IMG/VR virus record: IMGVR_UViG_3300027869_000006
Span: 45,769-109,768 of that record
Strand: one strand, 5' to 3'
DNA from: a virus
Length of the DNA: 64,000 nucleotides
The position numbers were made by a program, and so were the translations under genes. Shown in pieces: positions 1 to 10,321 of the stretch (position 1 is the first letter of the stretch; each line of letters opens with the position of its first letter). A model generated the notes under the pieces. The model had not been told where the DNA came from. It saw only the letters and a program-made list of their open reading frames with translations, and made no database searches.

Positions 1-11
1 AAACGCTCACC

Positions 12-2822
12 GTGCAGTGGACGATGCTGATGGATTACGGCGTGGCAAGTGGACTCACGACCTATTCAAGCGATACGATGACCCGCGCCAATCAAACCAA
101 TTGGGGCACCTCGTCCGGCGGGGAAACCTGGACGAAGACCGATGTAGTGGGGACGACAGCAGCCTCCATTGTGAGCAACATGGGGCAAGTCACCGCCTCC
201 TCCGGCAGCCCGTCAGAGGTCGCGCTGTTGGGGACACAAGTACAAGCGAATGCCGAGAGTTATGTCGAGTGGGAAGTCTCCAGCATCCTTGATCAGCCAA
301 GCCTCGTGCTGCGTGCGACGGCGACGAACACCTTCTATCGCGCCTGTGTGACCGGCGGCAATACGCTGGAACTTGATCGCAATGTGGCGGGCGCGGTGAA
401 TATGCTCAAGAACACGGGTGTTGCCATCAGTCCGAATACGCTCTACGCCATGCGTTTTCGCATCAATGGCTCTAATTATTATGTCAAGCATTGGCTGAAA
501 AGTGGGAGCGAACCGGCGGGTTGGTCAATCACCGGCACCGATAGCGGCGCGACTGCCATTACCGGCGCCGGGCAATGGGGCATCAGAACACGCGTCAACG
601 CCCCATCCGATACGATCAAGTACCAGAATTTCAGTGTGACCAACTTTGGGACGGGTGGTGGTGGAAGTGCCGGAAGTATTGGATTGCATGCAGCGACAGC
701 GCCAAGCGTCGTGGTGAGTCCTCCACCGCCTGGGCCACCTCCTCCACCTCCACCTCCACCGCTTCCCCCGCCGCCTGGACCACCTCCCGCGCCCGTGGTC
801 GCGATTGTGGTGAATGCGACTGATGCCAGTTCGCAGCCGTTTAAGGGCTTTGGCGTGCAGCAGGATGCGTATAACGGGTCCTGGCTGCATGTGGCAAACG
901 GGCAGATCGTCAACGATGCGGGAAAGCCTGTCTTCTTGCGCGGACTCAATACGGCAGGGTTGGAATATGGGAATGGGACGGCAGGTTTCACCCAGGCCCG
1001 CATCAACGCCTTTGCGAGCAATTTTTCGATGAACCTCTGGCGCGTGTGTATCAACGTCTCCTGGTGGAACAACAACGTGCTGATGCCTGATGGGATCACG
1101 CACTATAAGGATTGGATACAGACGGTCATTGGGTGGATGAAGGCGGCGGGGAACTACGTTGAGATTGACCCGACCAATTACTGTACCATTCCACCGCAAC
1201 AGAGCGGGCAGCAGTGTAGTGATCTTGGCAATCCGCCTTATTCGACCTCCGATATGTTCAACCGCGCAAATGCTACAAGCACCTGGGGGACGGCTTCCAG
1301 CGGGAAGGTATGGGTACAGAAGGCTGGGCTCAGTAGCTATCTCTCTCTCAGTAGTGGAGAGGGGGTCATTTCGACTGGTGTGTTTGACTTTGTTGACATG
1401 ATCCTGGGAACAGAGACGATTGCTGATACTGAAGCACTCGTGCGCCTGGCAATCAACGACCCGACGAATAACCCGTTCGCCGGTATTCTGCTCCGCTATA
1501 CCGACGAGAATACCTACTACTGGGCACAGATCAATGGCGGTCATACGTGGCTAGGGAAGCTGGTAGCGGGAGCGAATACCACTCTGGCAAATTCGGCTCT
1601 TACACACACGAGCGGCCAATTCTACTGGATGCGTTTCAACGTCACGGGTACGACACTCAAGGTCAAGACCTGGCCCGACGATGGGAGCCCAGAGCCAGGA
1701 AGTTGGGAGATCACCGTGACGGACAGCGCACTCACATCGGGATATATGGGCCTTACTGCATCCTCGAGCGTTTCGCCCAATGGGGCGCAGTTTGATACCT
1801 TCACAGCAGGCACACCGGTCACTGCCTGTATTACGAGCCAGGATACACAGAATAATCCACCCTGGACGGATGCGCAAAAACTGACGGCAACTACTGCCTT
1901 CTTTAGCGACTTCATTGCGAACTATTACCCGAGTGATCCCGCCATTCTGTTTGACTCGCTCAACGAGCCGACCGGCTTTGCAGACCAATACAGTGCCAAC
2001 GGGACGGTGATTGCTGCGATCAGGGCACTTCAGCCACATTCGCTCATCTTCATCTATTCGGCCTCCCTTGCCGGTATCTACGCCGGGGCAGAGCCAGATT
2101 ACCCTGAGCCCGACCTGGTATGGGATTATCACCTCTATGACGATTACCCGTCAAATACCTGGCAGAACAAGATCATCAATAATGAAGCGAGTGGCTGGCC
2201 GTTTGCCCAGGCACACAATAGAGGCGTGAGTATCGGGGAATGGAATGCCAACATCACCAATGACCCGGGTGGGTTTGCGGCAGCCATTGCCAGCCTTGCC
2301 ACCACCTCTGGCTTTGCGACGACGTACTACCAGGCGGGCAACGTCCTCTCTGGCGATAATGTGACCGTGACCGCCGAGGGCCTGCTTGTGCAAACACCGG
2401 CCTTTGGAGCTATTGCGACTGCCGAGGCGGAGGTGGCACCAGCATCCGGGACCGGCGTGTCGTCTGGTCCCGCGTCGCCGATTTCACCCACGCAGCGTGC
2501 CCTCATCAATAGCAGGCTGGCCTTTATGAACCCACCGATCATCAGGACAGCAGCCACCTCCGTCGCCTGGTGGTGCCCCACCGGCGTGGTCGGTACCTAT
2601 GATTTCACGAATGCGCTGATGCAGGAATGGTATGCCGTCTTTGAGAATGCCCAGGCCCAAGGTATCGATGTGATCGTGAGCGTGAACTCGCCCGCGCCCT
2701 TCACGCTCTTATCAAGTGGCTGGTGTACGGCCTTTGCCGATTTGATCGATCACCTGGTCAACACGCGTGGCTACACCTGTATCACGTATGTGAGCGGGCT
2801 CTCTGAGCCGGATACGTTCTGA
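12..2822 (+). CDS. Large virion/tail-associated glycoside hydrolase (GH5-like TIM barrel, repeated beta-sandwich, Pro linker); probably 5'-truncated by window edge
   Basis: GH5 motifs VFLRGLN, NLWRVCIN, FDSLNEP (acid/base), DYHLY, IGEW (nucleophile); two homologous D-x-x-x-RAN-x-x-WGT beta domains; poly-Pro linker; reading frame is open to the window start. Confidence 0.7.
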   Translation: MQWTMLMDYGVASGLTTYSSDTMTRANQTNWGTSSGGETWTKTDVVGTTAASIVSNMGQVTASSGSPSEVALLGTQVQANAESYVEWEVSSILDQPSLVLRATATNTFYRACVTGGNTLELDRNVAGAVNMLKNTGVAISPNTLYAMRFRINGSNYYVKHWLKSGSEPAGWSITGTDSGATAITGAGQWGIRTRVNAPSDTIKYQNFSVTNFGTGGGGSAGSIGLHAATAPSVVVSPPPPGPPPPPPPPPLPPPPGPPPAPVVAIVVNATDASSQPFKGFGVQQDAYNGSWLHVANGQIVNDAGKPVFLRGLNTAGLEYGNGTAGFTQARINAFASNFSMNLWRVCINVSWWNNNVLMPDGITHYKDWIQTVIGWMKAAGNYVEIDPTNYCTIPPQQSGQQCSDLGNPPYSTSDMFNRANATSTWGTASSGKVWVQKAGLSSYLSLSSGEGVISTGVFDFVDMILGTETIADTEALVRLAINDPTNNPFAGILLRYTDENTYYWAQINGGHTWLGKLVAGANTTLANSALTHTSGQFYWMRFNVTGTTLKVKTWPDDGSPEPGSWEITVTDSALTSGYMGLTASSSVSPNGAQFDTFTAGTPVTACITSQDTQNNPPWTDAQKLTATTAFFSDFIANYYPSDPAILFDSLNEPTGFADQYSANGTVIAAIRALQPHSLIFIYSASLAGIYAGAEPDYPEPDLVWDYHLYDDYPSNTWQNKIINNEASGWPFAQAHNRGVSIGEWNANITNDPGGFAAAIASLATTSGFATTYYQAGNVLSGDNVTVTAEGLLVQTPAFGAIATAEAEVAPASGTGVSSGPASPISPTQRALINSRLAFMNPPIIRTAATSVAWWCPTGVVGTYDFTNALMQEWYAVFENAQAQGIDVIVSVNSPAPFTLLSSGWCTAFADLIDHLVNTRGYTCITYVSGLSEPDTF

Positions 2823-2849
2823 GAGAGAGGAAGAAAGGAGGAAGCAAAC

Positions 2850-5357
2850 ATGTCGTATACACTCTTACCAGGGCAGTCATTCTTGCCATCGGGCATTTCC
2901 AACTATGCGTTAGGCATGGTCACCACCGGCCCCTATCTCTCGCCGAACTTCCTGGACTCAAGCGCGATCCAAAGCCTGGTCAAGGCGGCAGGCACGACCG
3001 TGGTGCGTGTCTTCACCGATGACCTGGGCACAGACTCGGATGCGACACTCGACACCTACTACACCGCCATCACTAACGCGGGATGTGTGATGCTCGTGAA
3101 CCTGCAACATCCGTGGGATGACGCCCGCTGCCAGCATATCGTCACCCACTACGGGTCGCGCTGCTTGTTGTATGAATTTGGCAATGAACCAAGTCTCTAC
3201 ACGTCCCCAACGGTCTCAACCACGCAGTATAACTCGTACTGGACTACCACCATCCCGCATTTACGTTCGATTAACGCGGCGGCAGCGTACATGGGTCCGG
3301 CCATCATCGTGGGGGACCCTGGTGGCTACCTGTCCAGTTGGCTGACTGCCGTCGTTTCTTCGGGTATCCTCCCTGATGCCGTCAGCTTCCATATGTACTG
3401 CTCAGATACCTCGGAAACAAAGGAGATGGCACTTGCCGCCTATTACTATGTCTATACCGAGGATATCCGGCAGCAGGTGACGACGGCACTTGGACACGAG
3501 GTAGCGATCTGCCTGACGGAATGGAACTTCGATAGCGGGTTTCCCCCTGGCGCATGGGGGACTGATCCCACGTTCATGATCCCTTTCACAACGAACGCCT
3601 GGGGGGCTATCACAGCGGCAGGCCCGGCCCTTGCCTGCATCTTCAATATCTGTAGCGGCGCGGGTGGAGGTGGTGGCCTGCTTGACCTGATTGACTCGGT
3701 GACCCAGGCCCCACGTCCCAATGGGCAATACAGCACGCTTGCTAGCCTGTTTGCCGCTGCCCAGCATGCGCCGGTGACGCCACCGCCCGTGCCGATCAGC
3801 GCCTACGCTTCCGTCATCCAGGCTGATACGCCGCTCTGGTACGGACGCGGGGATAGCCGTGATGTGAGCGGGAACGCGCATAACGGCACGATGGTCGGGT
3901 ATGTCGAACTGGGGCAAGCCGGACTCCTGCCCTACGATCCGATGACGAGTATGAACTTCGGGGGCAGTGGCTATATCAGCGTGCCCACAGCTACCCTGCC
4001 AACGGGGGCGCATGCCTGGTCAATGGAATGCTGGTTCTTGTGGCCAACACTCGAGCTCACCAACTACGATGGCTTGATGGACATGGGAACACGCGTTTCT
4101 ACAGAAGAGGTCTCCTTCTATTACGACCAGGTGAGCGGCAAGCTCTCCAATGGGACATTTGGGGACGTGGACGTAGAAGCAACGCCAGCAGTCGTCGCGA
4201 ACCAGGTCTACTACGGGGTCATTACCTACGATGGAACGACGAGCACGATTGATCTGTACAGTTCGCTCGGGCGTGTGAGCACATCTGCTGCACGCACCAT
4301 CAACCTGGTCCAGACCCATGCAGGCATCGGGGGGACGGCGAATGTGGCCGTGCCGTTTACCGGGCGCGGGCAGGAGTTCGCCTTCTATGGCTACGCGCTT
4401 TCGGGAACGCAGAAAGCGGCCCACTACGCGGCAGGCACGACACCGCCGCCGCCATCCTTTGGGTATGCGAACTACAAAAACATCATTGAACCCAACCTGG
4501 TGGCGGCACTTGCCGCGAAGAATCTCTTGAACGTGGTTTCCCTCATCGGGCCGGAAACGACGATGCAAAATGATGCCTGGCTCAGCAGTGCCGCCGCCGA
4601 TCTCTCCGGCACGCTGGAAGGCTACATCCGGCATGCTTTCCCGACGGGTGCCACCGATATCAGCAGTGGGGGCATTGAGGTGGCAATGGATACTCTGGTT
4701 CCGACCATCTTAGCGCATGACCCAACAGGCATCGTCCTGCAGGGTGAGATGGGGTCGGGCTACTACGGGCCTGGGCCGCAAGTCGCGGGCTATCAGTACG
4801 GCGTCGAAATGACCGATTTCGCGGTGCAGTTGGCACGTGCGAAGATGAGTGCCTTCATCGCCTACCTCCTCGACGATGACATGACGGGCACCATGTGGGG
4901 CATGTGGAAGCTCACCGATCCACTGGGCGGCGCTCCACTGCGTCCCTGGTTCTTCCCATGGTCGCTCTTGTGCAAGAGCATTGCCGAGGGAAGCACGCTC
5001 TACGCGCCAGCACAGCCCTCGACCAATGATCTGCGGGTGCTGGCGGCAGAGAGCCCACAAGGGGCCTGGACGTTTGTGCTCGTCAATCGTGCTGGTGGCG
5101 CCCGTACTCTCCGGCTGTCCGTTCCATTCGCGCCACCAGCCACTCAGACCTTGCAGCAGTACATCTATGCAGAGGCCGTGCCACGCGTAGTGGATGGCAA
5201 TGGCTTCCCGCTACCGGCAGGGACGATCACCGCGAACCTGGCGCGTGGGTTCAGCGTACCGATGGCGGGCAATTCCGTGCTCATTTTGACGCAGCAGACG
5301 GCGACGCAAACCACGATCTATAACGTGAAGCGTCCACCCCTTCAGAAACGGAGATAG
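2850..5357 (+). CDS. Multi-domain clan GH-A glycoside hydrolase plus LamG-like domain (tail/receptor-binding protein)
   Basis: YEFGNEP, VSFHMY and CLTEWN motifs; LamG-like WSMECW...YYGVITYDG; C-terminal half of a second GH barrel; AGGAGG RBS. Confidence 0.7.
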   Translation: MSYTLLPGQSFLPSGISNYALGMVTTGPYLSPNFLDSSAIQSLVKAAGTTVVRVFTDDLGTDSDATLDTYYTAITNAGCVMLVNLQHPWDDARCQHIVTHYGSRCLLYEFGNEPSLYTSPTVSTTQYNSYWTTTIPHLRSINAAAAYMGPAIIVGDPGGYLSSWLTAVVSSGILPDAVSFHMYCSDTSETKEMALAAYYYVYTEDIRQQVTTALGHEVAICLTEWNFDSGFPPGAWGTDPTFMIPFTTNAWGAITAAGPALACIFNICSGAGGGGGLLDLIDSVTQAPRPNGQYSTLASLFAAAQHAPVTPPPVPISAYASVIQADTPLWYGRGDSRDVSGNAHNGTMVGYVELGQAGLLPYDPMTSMNFGGSGYISVPTATLPTGAHAWSMECWFLWPTLELTNYDGLMDMGTRVSTEEVSFYYDQVSGKLSNGTFGDVDVEATPAVVANQVYYGVITYDGTTSTIDLYSSLGRVSTSAARTINLVQTHAGIGGTANVAVPFTGRGQEFAFYGYALSGTQKAAHYAAGTTPPPPSFGYANYKNIIEPNLVAALAAKNLLNVVSLIGPETTMQNDAWLSSAAADLSGTLEGYIRHAFPTGATDISSGGIEVAMDTLVPTILAHDPTGIVLQGEMGSGYYGPGPQVAGYQYGVEMTDFAVQLARAKMSAFIAYLLDDDMTGTMWGMWKLTDPLGGAPLRPWFFPWSLLCKSIAEGSTLYAPAQPSTNDLRVLAAESPQGAWTFVLVNRAGGARTLRLSVPFAPPATQTLQQYIYAEAVPRVVDGNGFPLPAGTITANLARGFSVPMAGNSVLILTQQTATQTTIYNVKRPPLQKRR

Positions 5358-5391
5358 TGACCACGTCAGAACAAGGCGAGAGGAGAGAGAG

Positions 5392-5985
5392 ATGCCACCA
5401 CAAGAAGAGTCGAGTCGAGTACTGGGTTCGCAAGACATCCGGCCAATCCCAGACCCGACCGTGCTCACAACGGCAGCGAGTCTGCGGTTGGAGGAGATGC
5501 TACGCAACTTGATACAAGTAGAGATAGCGCACCAGGCTGCCTTGTTTACTGAGAAACTAGCGACCATCGAGACAAAGTTTGAGACACGGTTTGCGATGCT
5601 TGATACCCGCACCGCCGAGCAGAAGAAAGACACGAAAGATGCTCTAGACGCGGCACTTTCCGCAGCCAAAGAAGCCGTCGCCTCGCAAACGGCTGCCAGC
5701 GAGAAGAGCATCACCAAATCAGAGACGGCGACGATTGAGCGGATTAAGGCAGTCGAAACACTGCTCGCTACCTCAACCAAGGCGTCAGACGATAAGAGCG
5801 ATGACTTGAAAAGCCGCATCGTCGCCATTGAGGCGGTGAAACTCGGCAATATGGAACAGACCACCGCGCAACGTGAGCGAGGTCTGGAGACACGTGGCAG
5901 CATGGCCAGCGTCATGAGTATTGTGATGGCCGTGATCGCCGTTGCCAGCATTATTATTGCGATTATTGTTGTACTCAAACCATAA
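5392..5985 (+). CDS. Coiled-coil protein with C-terminal transmembrane helix
   Basis: Helical K/E/A-rich body, hydrophobic C-terminus, RBS. Confidence 0.65.
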   Translation: MPPQEESSRVLGSQDIRPIPDPTVLTTAASLRLEEMLRNLIQVEIAHQAALFTEKLATIETKFETRFAMLDTRTAEQKKDTKDALDAALSAAKEAVASQTAASEKSITKSETATIERIKAVETLLATSTKASDDKSDDLKSRIVAIEAVKLGNMEQTTAQRERGLETRGSMASVMSIVMAVIAVASIIIAIIVVLKP

Positions 5986-6001
5986 GAAAGGAGTCATTCT
6001 C

Positions 6002-6181
6002 ATGCATCTTGACCTAGCTATCGCGTTCCAACTCGTGATCCTGGCATTCATCGCCTTATACTGCCTACTTGGTGCGGGCTACCCAGGCTACGTAGGGCGT
6101 GGAACAGGCGGGCATGGCTACATCCTGTGGTTCATCGTCGGGATTGCCGCCATTGTGACGGGCGTCTTGCTCGTCATCTGA
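6002..6181 (+). CDS. Small two-TM membrane protein
   Basis: AGGAG RBS before ATG 6002; two hydrophobic segments. Confidence 0.55.
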   Translation: MHLDLAIAFQLVILAFIALYCLLGAGYPGYVGRGTGGHGYILWFIVGIAAIVTGVLLVI

Positions 6182-6249
6182 GAGAGATTCCCTCTTTCCT
6201 TAGAAAGAGGAGAGGAAAGAAGTCAAGCAGTAAGGAGAAGAGGAAAAAA

Positions 6250-6690
6250 ATGGCAGGTTTAACGACACAGGCACAAAACAACATTTTAAATTGGATGAAA
6301 GGCACCACGTGGCCAACATCAGCCGCATGGGGCGCGGCACCGACCACTGTCTACGTCGGATTGTTCACGACCGCACCGACCACTGATGCATCAGCCTCCT
6401 ATACAGGAACGGAGGTATCGGGCAATAACTATTCGCGTGTGGCCGTGACCACATCCTCCGGCTGGTCAGCCATTAGCGGCGGCTCAACCACACCCTCGCA
6501 AATTAGCAATGCCGGTGTGATTACCTTCGCAACCCCATCAGGCTCATGGGGAACTATACTGGCAGTCGGTATATTCGATGCCGCAACGAATGGTAATTTA
6601 TTGTGGTGGGCGACTATTACTTCACAAGCAATTGCATCAGGAGTCGTTGCCAGTTTCGCAATTGGTGCTTTAGTTTTGACAATGGATTAG
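6250..6690 (+). CDS. Phage tail-fibre-associated structural protein
   Basis: VYVGLFTTAP...TEVSGNNYSRVAV...ITFATPSGSWGTI...IFDAATNGNLL pattern typical of a common phage structural family; start reassigned to ATG 6250. Confidence 0.7.
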   Translation: MAGLTTQAQNNILNWMKGTTWPTSAAWGAAPTTVYVGLFTTAPTTDASASYTGTEVSGNNYSRVAVTTSSGWSAISGGSTTPSQISNAGVITFATPSGSWGTILAVGIFDAATNGNLLWWATITSQAIASGVVASFAIGALVLTMD

Positions 6691-6720
6691 TTGATAATTA
6701 GTAGAATACAGAAGGTGGTG

Positions 6721-6891
6721 CTAGAACAGTCTACCGCCTTCTGTCCACTCATCTAGGGGCTTGTTGCAAGTTCGTGAGGAAAAGAGTTTCCGTATGAGGA
6801 AGATGATGCCGGTGAGCGTACCCGCTAGCAGGCAGAGAATGGCGAGCCAGCCAACGAGCCAGATGCGGAAGAGTCGCGTGTCTTCGTCCAT
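6721..6891 (-). CDS. Small membrane protein inserted antisense in the tail operon
   Basis: AAGGG RBS, MDEDTRLF start, one TM segment. Confidence 0.4.
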   Translation of the reverse strand: MDEDTRLFRIWLVGWLAILCLLAGTLTGIIFLIRKLFSSRTCNKPLDEWTEGGRLF

Positions 6892-6951
6892 GTCAGTTCC
6901 CTTCTGTGCCGTGTGTCTCGTACAGTATAGCAGTAGTGGGAAGGGGCACCT

Positions 6952-9900
6952 ATGACCGCGCTCACGACGAACGGTTCGGCACAAGCGGCAACCACGCTCG
7001 CTGCTGCTGGCAAGATGTTTGCGGCGACGGGTGGGACGGGTGGGAATACCTCAACCAAGGTCGCCAAGAACACGACCTATGTGCAGATATTTGCCATTGG
7101 TACGACGACGACACAAGCGGGGGTCGGGAGTATCCCTGCGCCGACGGATAGCAATTTCGCGGGTTGGATATGGGATGTGACGACCCTTGAAGGGCAGCGC
7201 ATCGCGGCGGGGACCTGGACGCCGACCTTCCACATGCTGGCCTCCTCTGCCGGCACGATTACCCCGACCGTCCAATGGTTCAAACGGTCATCGGCGGGTG
7301 TGTATACCTCCATTGGATCGGTCACCGGGTCCTCGCTCGTGCTCACTTCTTCCGCACAGGCACTTACCTTCACGCCCCCGTCCCTGGCACTCATGGACTT
7401 TGCCGTGGGTGACAAGTTCTGCATGTGGTTATGGGTCGATATTACCGTGGCCGGTGGGAGTAACTCTGGCACGATGTCGGTCGTGGAGGCGATCAGTGGG
7501 AGCACCACGGGTACCGCATCAGAGGCTCAGGCCGTCACACCGGGGTACGCCCCATCGCCAGTAGCACTCACGGCCACGCTTGCAGGAGTAGGGACGCTCT
7601 CATCGTCGTGCTATCGCACCACGATCCTGGCCGATAACCCGCTGTACTACAACCGCGCTGGCACGGCTGACTTGGGAAGTCTGGGACATACCGCCACCAT
7701 CCACGGCGGCGTCACGACCGGGCAGGCAGGCCTCCTGGTCAGCGATGTGCAGTCAAGCGACCTCTTTAATGGCTCGACCGGCTTTCTCACCGCGTCAGAT
7801 ACGGGGTTGCCGACAGGGGCCAGTCCGTGGAGTATCGAGATATGGATACAGTCTACCAATTTAACAGGTGACCATTCTATTCTCGACTTTGGGACAAGTT
7901 CGGGACTCAATTGGGCGGGTATCTATAGCGCCGCCGATCAATTCGTGGTGGGATCGTGGGCAAGCGGAGTCAATGCAAGTGCGCATGGCATCACGACTGG
8001 AACGACGTACTACGTCCTTGGCACATTCGATGGCACGAACACCTCCCTGTACGTGGGCAATCTCTCGACAGGGGCATTCAGTACCTACGGGCCTGTCGCC
8101 ATCGCGTTCAGTGTCGTGCTCTCTGGTCTCACCATTGGCGCAGATTCCGGTGGCGCCTATATCAGCGGGAATGCGCAAGAACGCGCCATCTATGGCGCAG
8201 CACTCACCGTCACGCAGGCAACGGCACACTTCCTTGCTGGCATCCAGGCGTTCACCCTCTCAACTGCGCTCGCCGACACCCTTGCTGGCGTGGGGACACT
8301 CACCGGGACGCTGTCGTTGTTAGGAGTAGCACTCACAACGACAGCGGCCGGGACTAGTCTTCTGACCGTCTCTTCCCCAACGCTTGCCACCGCGCTCACG
8401 ACGACAGAGGTCGGCAGTGGGACGCTTACCGGGACACTGTCGACCTCATTGACCCTGGGCGGTGCCACTGCCACCGGCGGTGGCACGCTTGCCGGCACGT
8501 GCTCGCTCTTCACGGCCCTCTCTATGACGATCATACCGGGTGCGGGCATCCTCACCCCAACGATGAAAGCCGCCTACACGCTGAGTGGGGGCACACTCAC
8601 CGGGTCGGGAACGTTGTCGGTCTCCGCCCCGACTCTTGCGACAGCCCTCGCGGTCGAGTGCGATGGGGTGAGCAATCTTACCCCAACCATGATCGCGAGT
8701 TTTACCTTATCCGGTACCACGTTGCCAGGCATCGGTCAGCTTTCCATCTCCGCACCATCCCTTACCACTGTACTGGCAGGTGAATGTGACGGGAGTGGAG
8801 CACTGTCCGGGCAGCTTGACGCTACCTACATGATGAGCGGTGGCACGATGGATGGTATGGGGCAACTGTCCGTCACGGTCCCCACACTCACAACAGCACT
8901 CTCCGTTGAATACGATGGGGTTGGGATGCTCTCACCGACCATTTGGGCGAGTCTCTCGCTCGCTCTTACAGAGATAGATGGCATCGGTATGCTCTCTGTC
9001 GCTGCGCCTGCACTCACGCCGCCGCTCATGGTGGAATGTGATGGGATTGGAACGTTCTCCCCTACACTCTCGGCTTCGTACACACTCTCCGGTGCGGAAA
9101 TGGATGGAGTTGGCACGCTCACGTGCATCACCAGCCTCTCGGCTGCACTGGCGGGTGAATGCGACGGCGTCGGGGCATTTCAGGCGACGCTGTCGGTCTC
9201 AGGGAGCAGTATCGCGCTGTCAGCTGAGTGTGACGGGGTTGGGACGCTTGTGGGCACGCTCTCCGCGACGGTTGCACTTGCGATTGAGTGTGACGGTAGC
9301 GGGACGCTTTCGGCCTCGCCTTCCCTCTCCACGGCACTCATGAGCGAATGTGGTGGGGTGGGTCGGCTTTTCGCCATAGTAGCAGTGACCACCGCACTTG
9401 CAGTCGAGTGTGATGGCATGGGGACCTTCACCCCGATACTCGAGGCATCCGTCCCGCTCAACCTGGCACTCACTGGAAGCAGTGCGCTCTTCCCCACGCT
9501 CTCACTGACGACCATTCTTTCCGTCAGTCTCGCGGGTGAGGGGATACTTGCCGGGACGCTCTCACTGCTGACCGCTCCACTGGGTATGACGCTTGCCGGG
9601 ACTGGCACACTCGCAGCCACGCTTGAAGCATCAACCGCCCTGACCGCGCTCATTTCAGGCAGTGGGCAGCTTGCCGGAACGCTTGCACACATCACGGCAC
9701 TCGCCTGTCTGTGCGCGGGAGTGGGCACACTTACCGGGACATACTCACTCTCGGTTGCACTGTTCCTCACGTGCGCCGCTCGCGGGACGTTCGCCTTCAT
9801 GGTCATTTCCAGGACGGGTGTGCTTGCCCAAGGCAGGAGTGGAAGTGGAACAGCGACAGGTCAAAGTGGAGTGCCTGGCGTGAGCAGTATCGGTGGGAGT

Positions 9901-9963
9901 GCTACGGCTCGTGGGCGCGATGGGAGTGAAACCGCTCTCGGTCGTAATGGCATACTTCATTAG
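6952..9963 (+). CDS. Tail fibre-like protein with LamG domain and approximately 20-aa Thr/Gly/Leu-rich repeats (ECDGxGxL)
   Basis: LamG-like WSIEIW...YYVLGTFDG; many L-x-x-x-(EC/LA)-D/A-G-x-G-x-L repeats. Confidence 0.7.
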   Translation: MTALTTNGSAQAATTLAAAGKMFAATGGTGGNTSTKVAKNTTYVQIFAIGTTTTQAGVGSIPAPTDSNFAGWIWDVTTLEGQRIAAGTWTPTFHMLASSAGTITPTVQWFKRSSAGVYTSIGSVTGSSLVLTSSAQALTFTPPSLALMDFAVGDKFCMWLWVDITVAGGSNSGTMSVVEAISGSTTGTASEAQAVTPGYAPSPVALTATLAGVGTLSSSCYRTTILADNPLYYNRAGTADLGSLGHTATIHGGVTTGQAGLLVSDVQSSDLFNGSTGFLTASDTGLPTGASPWSIEIWIQSTNLTGDHSILDFGTSSGLNWAGIYSAADQFVVGSWASGVNASAHGITTGTTYYVLGTFDGTNTSLYVGNLSTGAFSTYGPVAIAFSVVLSGLTIGADSGGAYISGNAQERAIYGAALTVTQATAHFLAGIQAFTLSTALADTLAGVGTLTGTLSLLGVALTTTAAGTSLLTVSSPTLATALTTTEVGSGTLTGTLSTSLTLGGATATGGGTLAGTCSLFTALSMTIIPGAGILTPTMKAAYTLSGGTLTGSGTLSVSAPTLATALAVECDGVSNLTPTMIASFTLSGTTLPGIGQLSISAPSLTTVLAGECDGSGALSGQLDATYMMSGGTMDGMGQLSVTVPTLTTALSVEYDGVGMLSPTIWASLSLALTEIDGIGMLSVAAPALTPPLMVECDGIGTFSPTLSASYTLSGAEMDGVGTLTCITSLSAALAGECDGVGAFQATLSVSGSSIALSAECDGVGTLVGTLSATVALAIECDGSGTLSASPSLSTALMSECGGVGRLFAIVAVTTALAVECDGMGTFTPILEASVPLNLALTGSSALFPTLSLTTILSVSLAGEGILAGTLSLLTAPLGMTLAGTGTLAATLEASTALTALISGSGQLAGTLAHITALACLCAGVGTLTGTYSLSVALFLTCAARGTFAFMVISRTGVLAQGRSGSGTATGQSGVPGVSSIGGSATARGRDGSETALGRNGILH

Positions 9964-9984
9964 AGAGAAAGGAAAAAGAAAACC

Positions 9985-10308
9985 ATGCCCATAAGTCCGT
10001 GGTATAAAACCACCCATGTCACCCAGACGGCTCCACTCTGGACAGAGAACATTGTCACTGATTCAGGAACCGAGAACCTGTTCGGTCTTGATGACGATGA
10101 TCTCTCTCTCTTTTTTACCAATACCAGTAACGGAGTCGAGACGCAGGGCGCGGGTACCCTGCACATCACCCAGGCCAATCCTGGCATCGTCACCTACCAG
10201 GTGGCCAGTGCCGATGTCGTGGTCGGGATGTACCGCGTCACGCTCTGGATCACCTTTACGAATGGCCCCCAGCCTTTCCTATTGGGCATCTGGGATGTCA
10301 TAGCATAG
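9985..10308 (+). CDS. Hypothetical phage structural protein (Ig-like/BppU-like)
   Basis: Follows tail fibre; GIVTYQV...GMYRV beta-rich pattern. Confidence 0.55.
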   Translation: MPISPWYKTTHVTQTAPLWTENIVTDSGTENLFGLDDDDLSLFFTNTSNGVETQGAGTLHITQANPGIVTYQVASADVVVGMYRVTLWITFTNGPQPFLLGIWDVIA

Positions 10309-10321
10309 TGCTGTTATGAAA

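Noticed and set aside
718-795. CCN-rich tract resembling the C-rich arrays
   Set aside because: 3-nt periodicity encoding a poly-Pro linker
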